Below are positions 1 through 13,143 of a stretch of DNA of 20,000 nucleotides, piece after piece (within the stretch, counting starts at the first letter, position 1; every line of letters starts with the position of its first letter). Below the pieces are notes generated by a model. It was not told where the DNA came from and ran no database searches. It worked only from the letters and a program-made list of their open reading frames with translations. Source of the DNA: Conidiobolus incongruus B7586 (taxonomy: Eukaryota); contig JNEM01011206.1 in NCBI GenBank assembly GCA_000697335.1, positions 57,815 to 77,814 of the forward strand. The letters are read 5' to 3'. The position numbers were made by a program, and so were the translations under genes.

Positions 1-213
1 GAAGAAAGATTTATTATGATTCCTTCCGATGATTATGGCCACATTCAGTTTTCTTCATTTCGCACAGATTTTATAGCTGACTTAAAGACACACCTTCAAC
101 GCCGAAACAAAAGCATTAAGACCTCCAAAAGAAATGGTTTCACTTCTACTGTTAGTGAGGGATCCACTATTTGTATTGATACATTCCAAGTGTTTACTTC
201 TAATCCTAATTAA
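1..213 (+). CDS. 3' end (last exon, partial) of an unidentified protein-coding gene
   Basis: Frame is open from base 1 (EERFIMIPSDDYGHIQF...FTSNPN) to TAA at 211-213. GC is higher than in the following DNA, CpGs are present, and composition drops to AT-rich right after the stop. No family recognised. Confidence 0.5.
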   Translation, partial: EERFIMIPSDDYGHIQFSSFRTDFIADLKTHLQRRNKSIKTSKRNGFTSTVSEGSTICIDTFQVFTSNPN

Positions 214-1709
214 TCCTCTAAAATGATTTGCATTATATTCTTTATAATAAATGATTATATTTTGTGTTTTAATGCAATGAATAATATTATTCGTATTCAA
301 TACTTTAAACCTCATTTCATTCTAAATAAACCTGATAAAGTAATTTTGCACAATTTTATATATAATGAGAATCTGTGTAGCTAAGAGCAGCATGTGTAAT
401 TTAATAAATACCAAACCTATTTATTTCAAAATTGTTTTCATATTTCCATTGGTTTGAGTTTAATCTCTAACAAAATTCTCTGATACTTAAGTTACAAATC
501 CGTTCTTAGTCGATTTTTACCACAAATTTTTTAAAATACTAACCGGAAAATTTATTTATCATATAGAGTAAATGTACTTATTATTGTGTTGTTGAAAACA
601 TGTTCCAAAATGATATTTAACTTTAAACTATAGATATATTAAAATAGTAATTGTAGAATTATAAACAGAACATCAAATAGCTAATTAATTATAATTCTCT
701 ACATAATTATATTTATTTCAAGCAATATGTTGGTTTAATTTATATTAGTATTATATTATTATCCTTTAAAAATGTATAACTCTTAACTTAACCTATAAAT
801 AAGATAATATGCTTTTTATTTAATAATTAATTTATCAACAACACCACAAATTCAACAATTAATTTTTCTTAAAAATAAACATAAAAATTAGCATATCATT
901 CAATGTTTTCATTTATAATTATTATAATAGAATATAAAAATATCATAAATGAACTATAATCATTTATTTAATTCCCTAAAAGTTTTATCCTTTAGCACAA
1001 AACAATTCTTAGTTAATGTTAATATATAATAAATTATATATAAGAAATCCAGTTTTAAATTTGATCAATCTAAATTGAATATATTAATTCACTTAAGTTA
1101 TTTTTTGAGTTGAGAAACTGTATTGTAAAATAAAATCTGTAAAATAACTATACTATAGCTTTTAAAGATTAGATACTATCAAATGCAAATAATTATGAGA
1201 AAGTATTCTTAGATTAATGGAAATTAAAATTGTGTTGTGTTTTTATATTAAGTTTTATAAATATAGGTTGTAGTTAGAAAAGTACTTGAAATATGATTTA
1301 GTAAATTATTTATTAATCTTGCTCTTTAACATATTGGGACTGTAGGTTTAAACCTTACTGTTGAGGTGTTGTAGCAGAATATCCAAAAGAAAAAAAATAT
1401 TCTTCTATCTTTATCAGTTTTGGGTTTAAATAGTTGCTCAAATGAATGATATGGGATTTGGATATAATCTAATAAAGAAAACAAAGTGAACAAAGAGTAT
1501 CCTTCAATTATAGGCTGACAAATCTAGCTTAAAATAGAAATAATATTGGCTTAAATATCAAAATGAAATAGATGATTAAATTTAAAATACAACAATTGTA
1601 TAAATAATAATCAGAATTTTCAAGTTTAATAAATTTAATTAATGTTGTTTGATTCAAAAAGACGCATTAAAAAGTCATATGAATCAGTCTTTTGTTCTAA
1701 CAATATTAC

Positions 1710-2849
1710 TTAAGAGTTGATTTGTAAACCAATACCGAACTTAGATTGTCCCTTCAAGTGATCTAAATCACCACTCAAAGTCAAGGTGAGAGAGGGAGCA
1801 AGACGCTCTTCCAAGACAGCACTGACACGACCTGTTGTATCGATTTGAGTTCTGAAAGTGGATTTAACAAAATCAAACTTAGCACCCAAGGTACAAGCGG
1901 CGTCTCTCTTTCCCTGAGCAACTAAAGCTTGCAATTCTACACCAAATTCAGCCATATCATTGACCTTGTGGAAGTAAGAAGCTTGAACTAAGCCAGGTTG
2001 CTGGTAGTTGGCAGTGAAAACAGAATTAGGTGTAGCGTATTTAGCGGTGTATGAGATGCTGGATTCTTCAATTTCAGTGGTAGGGCGTTGGAAAACAGCT
2101 TCAGCACCCAAAGCAAGGTTGGGGGTAACTGATTGAAGGATACTGCAAAGACCAATACCAGTGTTATCAGTAATACCGGGATTAAGGACTTTAGCGTTCA
2201 AGGTACAATCAGAGGCAGCATACTCTCCCTCAAGTTGAAGCATAGAGTGGCCAGGTTGGTTAGAAATCTAGTGAAAACCAGGACATAAATATTTAGCGGA
2301 TGAATTGTATAAATAAATTACTTGAGCATGGAGTTTAGCTCTAAGATCTTGAGTTTCACTGGTGTGAATTCTGGCATTTAAGCTACCCTCATTATCAATA
2401 GATCCTTGAAGGAAAATCTACAACAAAATTTAATTAAAATATTCTAATATGCAAAAAAGTTATTTCACCTTTTCATCAGCGTAAAGGGAAATAAAATTAT
2501 AACTAGAAGGAACTTGAGCTGATCCAAGGGAAAAAGAGTGAACGACTTGGAAGTTGGGGCTTAAACCTTTAGTAATGTCAAAACGAGCACCATCAACCAA
2601 GTGATTGGTAACAAAGACATCTAAATACAATATTGTGAGAGGATGAATTATTGAACAAATATCAAACTTACTCTTGACTTCTCTATGTAAGTGCTCATAT
2701 TGACCTGGATTGGGTAAATTTAAAGATTTTTTATATTGAGAAATTGAAGAAAACAAGGGGTTGTTAACTACGTATTGAAGCCAGCTAGAGTTAGAGGGCT
2801 TATTTTCGGGAGTATTGTTGAGCACTTTAATGGTTGATGTGGCAGACAT
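1710..2849 (-). CDS. TOM40: Mitochondrial outer-membrane translocase channel Tom40, 327 aa; exons 2849-2672, 2620-2469, 2417-2322, 2267-1710
   Basis: Spliced CDS is 178+152+96+558 = 984 nt with GT..AG introns. Tom40 motifs: LPNPGQYEHLHREVK, GARFDITKGLSPNFQVVHSFSLG, FLQGSIDNEGSLNAR, QASYFHKV, FRTQIDTTGRVSAVLE and C-terminal beta-signal SGDLDHLKGQSKFGIGLQI. Confidence 0.95.
2268..2321 (-). other. TOM40 intron 3 (54 nt, phase 0)
   Basis: GTAATT donor and CACTAG acceptor; removal joins LHAQ-ISNQPGHSMLQLE. Confidence 0.85.
2418..2468 (-). other. TOM40 intron 2 (51 nt, phase 0)
   Basis: GTGAAA donor and TGTAG acceptor; contains an in-frame TAA; removal joins ADEK-IFLQG. Confidence 0.85.
2621..2671 (-). 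other. TOM40 intron 1 (51 nt, phase 1)
   Basis: GTAAGT donor and TTTAG acceptor; removal joins REVK-N-VFVTNHL. Confidence 0.85.
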
Positions 2850-5800
2850 TCTTTAGCTTAAAATTGTGTATTTAATTAATACTTAAATAGATTTCGAAAT
2901 AAAATAGATTAAATATAGAGTTGTTTTAATGCTTTAACAACAAGTAATCATTAAAATCGAATTGGACAAGTATGTGAACTTGTGGAGTGCAAGTTGTATT
3001 AATTATTTATATTATTGAAAAAATTAACTTTAATTGTGGGATAGTTTGTATTCATATTTCTTTTCACTTTTCCAATTTAATATTGATATATTCAAGGTAA
3101 TAAATTTTAATTCAACACGTTTTATGTAATGGTTATAAAATATGATTATTCAAAACCATTTGAAACTAAAATATAGCTTTTATTAATTTTCAACTAATAA
3201 ATAATTAAAGAATCATTCCAGGTGGTATTAATTATTTTTTCAACAATCAATTATATATTCAAATTTATAATAATATTTTGAAATTTATACAAATCAAATT
3301 AAAGAGTTCATATGTATTTTATATATTATGTTTCTAATTTTCAAATTATATAAATTGACTATAAATAAAGCATTGTTTTAAGCTTCATTGAAATTTAATT
3401 TGTTATTAAAATAATTGTATTATTTATAGTTTAAATATATATTAAGTAATTTCAAGTGTAATATTTATTAAAACTAAGTTTTTAAGACGATTTGAATAAT
3501 ATATGAATAGTGTTGAACATTTATTATCATCATTAGTAAAGAGAGAATATGGAATAATATATTAAAAATTAAAAAAAATAATTATACTTGGTTTTACTAT
3601 TTATTTAAATTTGATAAAGATAACCAACTTAAAATCAATATATCTAATGATAAATATTTATTCTAAAATTATATGAGAATTGAGAATAAATAGAAAGTCA
3701 TTCCAAAGGATATTAAAAAATTACCTCATATTCTTTATTATCCAAAATAGAATATATTACGATAGTTTATATCTTGTTGGATATTATTATTGATTAATGT
3801 ATTCTTCATATTGTAAATTTATTTATATCAAAGGATTTTGATTTGGTTATGAATATTTCTTATATAACAAATACAGAGATTAATAATGTTAATTTAAATG
3901 TCTAGCATTTTTCATCATGATAATAATATTATACTCCAATGTAATCATGTGTGCTTTGATATTATTACATAATTTATTCGAAATTTGAATAATAATAAAT
4001 TTAAGACTCTCTTTGAATTAAAATATACATACTAATGAAAATACTTAAGAATAGTATAGGGCTCACAGATTTTATAATTATCACTAAAACTAATGTATTA
4101 TTATTATTTATAGCAATTTTTAACATTAGTTAGTGAAAGATAGAATAATTAATTAATATTTGAAATCAAAGCACTCCTAAAATTAATAGCTCACAGGGTG
4201 AATAATAATATATTATAATTATAGACCAAATTTTAAATTTTTGCAATTTAGGCCAAAATATTGGATTATTACTATTTAAAAAAAATAAAAAATGACATTA
4301 ATCAAATTATTTTTATATGATATTATTTTTATGTTATATTAACTAATATATCTAGATACAATAAAAGAATCAAAAATGACAATTTAAGGATGAGTTTAAT
4401 ACCATGACAAAATTATAAGGATTTGATGAATTTTTCTCTAAATAGAAATGAGATTCAATTATTTTAAATATGACATAAAATGAATGAGTATTATTATATA
4501 TCATAAATCTACTAGAGTTAGTTAAGTGATTATTAAGGTAATCGTGAATTTTATAAATAAGGATTGAGGATTAATTCAATTGATAATTTGTTGAATAAAT
4601 TTGAAATTAGTATTTTTCATCATTATAGTTTATAATTAAACCCGTTCTAATTAAATTCAGAAATTTACCTAATAATTTATATTAAATTTATAAAGGTCTT
4701 ACTATTCAAGGTTTTTTAACATAATTCAGATATAGCATAAGAGATAAAATACTTTGAATGGTTTGATACATGTTAATGTGTAATAGACACAATAAAATTG
4801 CTTTCGCAATATTAAAATAATCAAAATACTATTTACATATATGTAAAATGAATATATTTTCTATTGTAATTTATTCAATTACTTTTGGGATTGAGTTTTA
4901 AATTAATAGATAATATTTTAATGTTATTTTCGAATGTTTTTCATAATTTTAATAAATTATTATATTAAGTAATTTATATTGAATCGGGTACTGAGATTTA
5001 TTTAATTTTATTAATTTATATTATTTGAGTAATAATAATATTAATAAAATCAAATATTTAAATTATAATTTTTTTAGTTAAGAACCAAATTATTGTGAAA
5101 TAAAATATGGTAATATGTGTGAGTATTTAAACCCATTAACATAATAGATCACATTTATTACAAAATAAAATTTAAAATTTATTTATTTTTCATAATTGTG
5201 GAAATTCTGAATACTATCATCAATTTATTATCTTGAAATTTATAAATAATAGTATAAATTAATTTTATAATAGTGAATCTTAAGTTTTATGTTATTAGTG
5301 AAATAAATAAGATATACACAAGTTGAATAAGTAATCATTCACATTATTTACATAAGTCAAGATATGGCAATCTTTATGTGTATATTATCATGTATATTAT
5401 TTATGTATTCATAATATCATTTTATTAATTATAAAATCAAATCAATTAGATGTTTTATTAAATTATTAAAGGGATTAGAAATAATAAATATTAAAGACAG
5501 TGCTTGAATTAATAATTATACTGTGAAGAGCAAATTCATATTTAAAATAATATTGAAAACGGATGAGTAAGCTGATTAATTTCAGCCAAAATATAATAAT
5601 TTATATAAACAAATTTAGCCATCTGATATATTATTAATCATTTTGAAAAAGAATATATATATGTTTGAAAATTTAATATTAAATCACATTGATGTTTTTT
5701 CAATTAATAAAGCAGTTACTAAACAATAGTACACCTCCAATTTAATATCAGTAATTAACAACGATTAAATTTAATAACTATAGATATTATTTCGGATTAT

Positions 5801-6693
5801 ATATATGAATATGCACATACTAATACATTTTTTAATTATATATTTATATATGGTTAAATATACGATGATGAGTATTAATTTGTAATAAAATGGTATGTAG
5901 CTGATTCAAAAAATTTGTTAGTAATTTAAAAGTAATTATCATTATATTATAAAAAATCAAAATTGATTAAATCATCTTACTTGTTCTTTGTTTGATATTC
6001 TAAAATTAAGGAAAAATATGATATTCAATTATTATAAAATATGATTTTGATTATATAGAGTAACTATCGTTAAAATCAAATTCCTTTCATTTCAAAATTT
6101 GAAAGGGAGTAAATAAAATTATAATTTTTGTGTTTAAGATATGGTATAATAATAATAATTTATGAACATCATTGAAATTTTTACTTCTACTTAAAATAAA
6201 TATGATGTTTAATCAAATTTCAATATATATTTGATATCTTAAAATATTAAATATAAAATCTATAATTTGATATTCATTACTTTTATTTTGACAACCAATA
6301 ACTTATTTATAAATATTATTTTGATCTAATATATAAAACTTTTTTAATATAAAAACATAAATTCCAACCTATCTCAATATAATAAAACTGATAATTTATA
6401 TTTTATTATTAATTTTAATGAAAACCAAATTTAATATAATGTATATTGAGCATATCTTATTTTTTATTTTCAAAATACAGATAGATTTAACCATTGCTAG
6501 AAATAAATATGAATTAATAATATTTATGTATTATTTTAGTATTATAATATATATATATATTAACCTACAAAAATGAGTTATAAAATCAAATATATATATT
6601 TTAATTAATAACTAAAGTAATTATATATATTAGATTACTTAACACTATAATATATAGTTAAGGTATATTATTTGATAATAAATAAATATATTT

Positions 6694-6698
6694 AGATA
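6694..6698. repeat. Target-site duplication AGATA (left)
   Basis: Immediately precedes the TG of LTR1; identical to 18689-18693. Confidence 0.85.
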
Positions 6699-7098
6699 TG
6701 TAAGTGTAGTGGTAGTTAAACTAATATAGTGCAGAGGAAGACTTAATATAAAAGTAGTGTGGTGCAGAATGTGGTAATATAATGTGGCTGTAGTGTGCAA
6801 GTGTAAACAAAGTTTAATTAAGCTTTGAACTAGGATGAGTCACTGATATATTAAGATTTATATTAGGTAGTGCCAATATCCTATAATATCAACAGAATAT
6901 AGTCTCAATCTTAGAAATAGTGTAAAAGTAAAAATAGTAAGAATTGAGAGGAAAAAAAGAAGAACCTAGTTTATTAAATAATTTAATACTATTTATACAA
7001 TTAATTTAACTATATAAGTATAAATTAATTATATAATTTATAGTTAATTAGATTATATGAAAATATATATAAGAATTTAAAAAACTAGTCTCTTAATA
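6699..7098 (-). repeat. LTR1 (3' LTR of the dimer), 400 bp
   Basis: Starts TGTAAGTG and ends CTTAATA (CA>TA); 27 differences from LTR3, all transitions. Confidence 0.93.
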
Positions 7099-7105
7099 CT
7101 TTTTT
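7099..7105 (-). promoter_or_regulatory. Degenerate polypurine tract (second copy 13101-13107)
   Basis: Minus strand AAAAAAG abuts the 3' LTR; short, presumably eroded by G>A changes. Confidence 0.4.
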
Positions 7106-7149
7106 AATAAGTTTCTTAGAGAAGACACACTCTTTAATTTTTTACAAAT

Positions 7150-7300
7150 AGGTATAGTAGGCTAAGGTATTCTTAATATTTTCTAGAGGTTCTTATATAG
7201 CTTCTTTAATAGGATAACCCATCTATTTTACATAAAAATAAAGCTTATTCCTAATAGATTTAGATTTAATTATGTAATCAATATAGTATTCTTCTTCTCT
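7150..7300 (-). other. Chromodomain relic at the integrase C-terminus (second copy near 13152-13302)
   Basis: EEEYYIDYIIKSKSIRNKLYFYVK*MGYPIKEAI*EPLENIKN matches the chromodomain pattern EY.(I/V)...Y.VKW.GY..EE.TWEP.EN, with both Trp codons mutated to stops. Confidence 0.85.
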
Positions 7301-8395
7301 ATTTTAATTAATAATTAGATCTAGTTTTGGGGTTTTTAATCAATTAGGAAAAGTGTTAAAATCTTCAAAGTATGGTTTAATTTTAGATATGTGAAAGGTA
7401 AAGTTGATCTTCAAAGTTAGAGGTAATTCCAAGGTAATATTTTCAAAATTTAAATTAATAGATTAAATTTTATAGGGACTATAATATAATGGTAAGTATT
7501 TGGGATTTAAGCTAGATTTAAGTAGGGTAAGTTTAAAGGCAGATTATTCTAAGTATACAAACATACTAGTTTTATATTTAAAAGGGTTTCTAGATAACTT
7601 TGAGTATTATTATTCTATGATCTTTTAATTTTCTTCTAAGTTAAATTTAACAAGAGAATTGATATATTTGATATTAGATTGAAATTCAACAATATCCAAA
7701 GGTAAGTTGATTTGAAGTTTTGGAGTAATTATTAAATTAAGATGTTTGTTATAATTAATAAAATAAAGGCTAAAACCTGTTGATTTATTAATAAAGGTGT
7801 TAAATGAATATTAAAGTTAGTAGATATAAGCATCCTAATTTAACTAATTAGTGTTAATATAGGCTTTAATCATTTGCTTCAGGGTTTTAATAATTCTTTC
7901 AACAAGTTTATTAGTTTAGTGATGATTAGTAGTAGACATAGCTAGGTTAATCTTAAGGGAAAAGGATAGTAACTTCTAGAATCAAGAGTTGAATCACACA
8001 TCTCTATCAGATACAATAGTTTGTGGAATTCTATGGTAGGTAAAGATATTAGAGAATAACAATTGTGCAACATCTCTAGCTGTAGAAGTTTTGAAACAAG
8101 GAATAAAATAAACATATTTGGAAAATGAATCAATTACAATCAGTAAGTTATTATAACCATTTGTTGATTTAAGGATTTCTATGAAATCAAGTTGGATTTG
8201 TTGTTAAGTTTCATTAGGGACTTATAAAGGAATAAGTTTACTATATTTTAGTTAAGTATTATATTTAGTTTTTTAGCATATATCACAGGTATTAGTGTAT
8301 TTCTAAACTAATTTAACTAGGGAAAGCTAGTAATACCTTATTTTAATTCTCTTAGCAGTCTTTAACTAGTTTTAATGTTCTCCAACAGGTAAGTT

Positions 8396-9496
8396 ATAGC
8401 ATTCATCAAATATTGTTTGTTAAATCTTAGGAATATTAGGAATATATAGACAATCATTATAATATAGTAAGTTATTGATAATTTTAAATCTTTTAACATA
8501 TTTTAGTTGGTTTTCTAATGGTTTAAAGAGTTCTTCTTTAACTGAAATAAAGAAATCATTATTTAACAGTGTTTCTTAAAGTAGTTTAATAAATTTTTTA
8601 TTTCCTTCATTAATAATCATTAAGTTAATATTTGCTGGATTTTTACAATTAGAATAAAAGGGTAGGTATGTAGGATTTTTTAACAAAGTATCTACAACAT
8701 AGTTTTATTAACCTAAGAGATATTGAATAAAGAAAAGGTAAGCTTAGATAGTTTTAATCTATTTAACTTATTTTCTTAATAAATACTTCTGAGTATTTAA
8801 GTAGATAAGTGATAGCATTCATCAAATATTGTTTGTTAAATCTTAGGAATATTAGGAATATATAGACAATCATTATAATATAGTAAGTTATTGATAATTT
8901 TAAATCTTTTAACATATTTTAGTTGGTTTTCTAATGGTTTAAAGAGTTCTTCTTTAACTGAAATAAAGAAATCATTATTTAACAGTGTTTCTTAAAGTAG
9001 TTTAATAAATTTTTTATTTCCTTCATTAATAATCATTAAGTTAATATTTGCTGGATTTTTACAATTAGAATAAAAGGGTAGGTATGTAGGATTTTTTAAC
9101 AAAGTATCTACAACATAGTTTTATTAACCTAAGAGATATTGAATAAAGAAAAGGTAAGCTTAGATAGTTTAAATCTTTTAACATATTTTAGTTGGTTTTC
9201 TAATGGTTTAAAGAGTTCTTCTTTAACTGAAATAAAGAAATCATTATTTAACAGTGTTTCTTAAAGTAGTTTAATAAATTTTTTATTTCCTTCATTAATA
9301 ATCATTAAGTTAATATTTGCTGGATTTTTACAATTAGAATAAAAGGGTAGGTATGTAGGATTTTTTAACAAAGTATCTACAACATAGTTTTATTAACCTA
9401 AGAGATATTGAATAAAGAAAAGGTAAGCTTAGATAGTTTTAATCTATTTAACTTATTTTCTTAATAAATACTTCTGAGTATTTAAGTAGATAAGTG
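8396..9496. repeat. Internal tandem duplications in unit 1 (416-bp and 269-bp periods; core present three times)
   Basis: ATAGCATTCATCAAA at 8396 and 8812; ACATATTTTAGTTGG at 8496, 8912 and 9181. Copies look identical by eye. Confidence 0.9.
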
Positions 9497-12400
9497 ATTT
9501 ATAGTTTGTAAGTGTTAAGAAAAAGTTGTAGGATAGAAAATGTAAGTGATTTTTAATTATTTCTATTAAAGCAAGGAGTTTTTATTTATAAACTAGGTAT
9601 TTTAATTCAGCTGGTTTTATTTTTCTTAACCAGAATGTTATTGGTTTTAAAGTAACATTTGTAAGGTTAAATTCAACTTGTTCTCCCCCATTTATTATTT
9701 TATTTTATAGTTATAGGGTAAAATATAAATTAAATTCAAACTAGGTTAACTATCTACTAATTGTAAAAAAACTAGAGTTAGTAAAAATAATAGTAGGTAG
9801 TTTTAGATTAAATATAAATAAAGCAAGAGCATTGGTAATATAGAAAATTAAAGCATTTATGCTAAAAGTATATAGTGGGGTTTATTTAAAAAGAGAGTTT
9901 TTCTTTAAGAGATTAGTAAGAAAAGTAGTTAGTTCAATAAAAGAATTAATGAAATCTTTAAAGTAATTTAATAATCTAAGTATAAACATAAGTTGATCTT
10001 TGTTTATAGGTATAATAAAAGCTTTAACACCATTGAGTTTAGTTAGATTAATATTAATTCCTTAAAAGGAAACAATATAACCATAAAAAAAGATAGAAAA
10101 GGCACTAAAGATACATTTTGATAGTTTCAAAGGTAATTTATATTCTTGAATAATTTGTAAAACCTGATTAACATGTTAAATATGTTCTTCTTTAGTTTTT
10201 GAATAGATCAGGATATTATCAAGGTAGGTGATAACAAAGTTATTAAAGATAAGGTTGAAAAGGGAATTGATAAATTAAGTGAAAGTTACAAAAGCATTAC
10301 ACAATTTAAAGTTTATAACAGTAAATTTATAGTGGCTTAAAAGAGTATTGAAAATAGTTAAAAGGATAGAGTTTTCTTCAACTTTAAAGTTGTAATATCT
10401 ATTCTTAACATCTAGTTTAGTAAATATAGTTGATCTAAGTAGTTTATCCCTAACATCATGTAGGTTTAGTAATAATGTTTTATCTTTAATAGTTTTAGAG
10501 TTTAAAACACAATTATCAATATATAATCTCTAACCACCATTAGCCTTTTGTATAAAGAAGATTAGAGATTTTTATAATGAGGAAAAAGGTTTATATACCT
10601 ATTTTCAAGTAGTTTTTATATTTCTTCTTTTAAGGTTTAGTATTGTTCAAGAGATAAATGGTAAGTAAGCTTTAAGTATAATTGTATACTAAGGATTAGT
10701 TTAATTTTGTGTTTAATATTATGTTTAGGTGGTAATTTATTCACAGGTTCAAAAACATTAGCAAATTAACTCACTATATTGTATAAAAAGTAGTTATTAG
10801 ATATAACTTCATTAAAATCAACAGATGAAGTGTTAATAGATGAATAATAAATAGATATATATCCCTATAAATTATTTAGGTTTTTGATTAGCTTTTTACA
10901 TTGATTTTTACTTATAATAATAGAATTATTTGCTACAATTGTAGAGTTAGTGTTAAGTAAAGTATTTAATAGTTTTATAGTAGGGTAATGTAGATTTTTT
11001 AAGATTAATTCTACTAATTTCTTTTAGAATATGAAAGAGATAGATTTGTAGCCTTCTAGGGTAATATTTATAGATATAAAACTGTGATATTTAAACTAAT
11101 TTTAACCTAGTATAAAATTATAACCAATATTACCAACTAGGAATTTAATATATTGGGAGTAGTTAGGAAGTAGTGATAAGTATCTAGATATAATACTAGA
11201 TGTTTATTCCATTAAGTTGTTAGCATATTTAATTATCAAGTTACTTTTTTAAGTAGGTAAAGATAGTTTTACAACAATAAAAGAAGAGATAATACAACTA
11301 GAACAACTAAAGTTAATTAAAACACTAACAAGTATATCTATAAAAGAACTAGTTAACACAAACAATAAGGTAATAGTTAAAGGTAAAGAATCACAAGGTA
11401 GATTAGTTACTAGAATATTTCTAGTTTCTAGTGGTTTAATTAGTTGGATTTCTCTAGTATACATAGTTTGATTTGTGGAATCATTAGTTTATTAGAACTT
11501 TTGTGGATTAAATTAGAATCTGCTAACTAATTGTAAAAGGGGTGATTTTAGGGTTATATTAATATTATTCAAGTTTGATTTATAGTTGGTAAGTTAGGAT
11601 TGTTGAGAATTAAACAGATATTCCTTCCTTAAAGGGTATTTATTAGCTTTATAGTTAACTTAAGTCTTTTGGTAGTAATAACAACCTTTGTTTGTTCTCA
11701 AGTAGGTTTTAGCTTCTTCACTAAAAGTTTTCTTATAAAGCCTTAAAACAGAAACATTTATTATTTAAAACTTAAGTAGGTTAAAGTAAAGTTTAAAAGA
11801 TTAATTTTTAGGGTAGGAAGATTTAGTTATAGAGTAAAAGATATTATCAATTATAATTGCTACATCACAAATATCAGAAAAAAACATATTATTAAAGTAT
11901 TCCCTATTAACTAACTAGAGCTTCACTTGAAAGTTAAGGTATTATAATAGTTTGTGGATTTGTTTTTCTTCAGTGATATTTGGTATATTTAAATATATCT
12001 CATTAAATTTCTCAATTAATTGTTTTGTAGAAGTTTTTTATTTAAGCTAGGAAAGCTTTTCTCTTGTTAATTAAACTTGATCTTTTAGGTAATACCTCTC
12101 TTTAAAAGCTTTTTCCAATTGTTTAAAAGTTTGTATTCTTGTAATAAGTTATCCTCCTGAAGATTCTTTAGGATTAAGTTTATAATGAGTTAACTACCAA
12201 GTATAAATAAATTTTTCCAAAAAAAAAGTAGCTAATTTAAAGATATTCTCTAGATCTTCATTAGGAATTTAATCAAAATAATTCTTCATGTTTTTAAGAT
12301 AGTTTTCAAGCTTGTAAAGGTTTTTTAAGCTATCATAAGTAGTTAATTTGTTTTTAAAAATACTAAAGAGGTAGTTTAATGTATTAATTATAGTGAAATA

Positions 12401-12700
12401 GCTAGTTTATTAGATTTAAGCTTTTTGAGACATGTTTTTTTTAATCAAAAGTTGTTTAATATAAGCTTTTTAGAGGGTAGTAAACTTTTAAAGATTAAAG
12501 TTTTAGATTCACTTAGTAATTAAGCTACTATTATCATTAAAATAATATAAAGGTATCTCTTTTTTTAGTAGTATTATAGTGTATAGTGTTAAATTTAAAT
12601 GAAATAAATTATAGATAAGATTTAAAATAGCAATAATTAGGTTTAATATAGATAATTATTAATATCTAATAGGTTTTTAATAGTTTTATTGCTGTTACTA

Positions 12701-13100
12701 TATAAGTATAGTGGTAGTTAAACTAATATAGTATAGAGGAAAACTTAATATAAAAGTAGTGTGGTGTAGAATATAGTAATATAATGTAGTTATAGTGTGT
12801 AAGTATAAATAAAGTTTAATTAAGCTTTAAACTAAGATGAGTTACTAATATATTAAGATTTATATTAGGTAGTGTTAATATCCTATAATATTAATAGAAT
12901 ATAGTCTCAATCTTAGAAATAGTGTAAAAGTAAAAATAGTAAGAATTAAGAGGAAAAAAAAAAGAACCTAGTTTATTAGATAATTTAATACTATTTATAC
13001 AATTAATTTAACTACATAAGTATAAATTAATTATATAATTTATAGTTAATTAGATTATATGAAAATATATATAAGAATTTAAAAAACTAATCTCTTAATA
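12701..13100 (-). repeat. LTR2 (shared middle LTR), 400 bp
   Basis: Ungapped match to LTR1 at offset 6002 and to LTR3 at offset 5588; both termini mutated (TA...TA). Confidence 0.93.
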
Positions 13101-13143
13101 CTTTTTTAATAAGTCTCTTAGAGAAGACACACTCCTTAATTTT

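Larger units (their letters stand above)
7142..12433 (-). pseudogene. gag-pol pseudogene, unit 1 (Gag, Zn knuckle, protease, RT, RNase H, integrase, chromodomain)
   Basis: ATG at 12433 (MSQKA). Zn knuckle CYYYQK..Y....YP near 11635-11685. Protease VLINFSC (ancestral DSG) near 11305-11325. RT FKLCNAFVTF and YLDNILIYS (YLDN at 10215-10226). RNase H AELKYLVYK*KLLAL. Integrase CDIC, IQLDFIE, IVIDSFSK and IVSDRDV*FNS*F*. Chromodomain near 7150-7300. The 3' end is approximate. Confidence 0.92.

Noticed and set aside
82..315. 77-aa minus-strand ORF
   Set aside because: Antisense to the more plausible + strand exon, starts in low-complexity AT-rich DNA, and has no recognisable motif.
2460..2849. 129-aa ORF as a separate gene
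   Set aside because: It is TOM40 exons 1 and 2 read through the stop-free 51-nt intron.
3503..4560. Short ORF-like stretches (e.g. MNSVEHLLSSLVKREYGIIY*) and a repeated GCTCACAG
   Set aside because: No sustained frame or recognisable motif, so a pseudogene or element cannot be supported by eye.
6070..6557. CpG-free flank suggesting mutation leaking out of the repeat
   Set aside because: Only 2-3 CpGs are expected here at the local density, so their absence is not significant.
7942..8133. 63-aa ORF repeated at 13944-14135
   Set aside because: Out-of-frame shadow of the integrase core; the repetition only reflects the tandem dimer.
8396..9496. CRISPR-like or satellite array
   Set aside because: Units are 269-416 bp duplications of pol sequence with no repeat-spacer structure, in a eukaryotic context.
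11249..11464. Hydrophobic 71-aa ORF resembling a membrane peptide (also ORFs 16452-16658 and 17247-17474)
   Set aside because: Stop-free fragments of the mutated gag-pol frame; the I/L/F/N/K richness results from C>T/G>A erosion.
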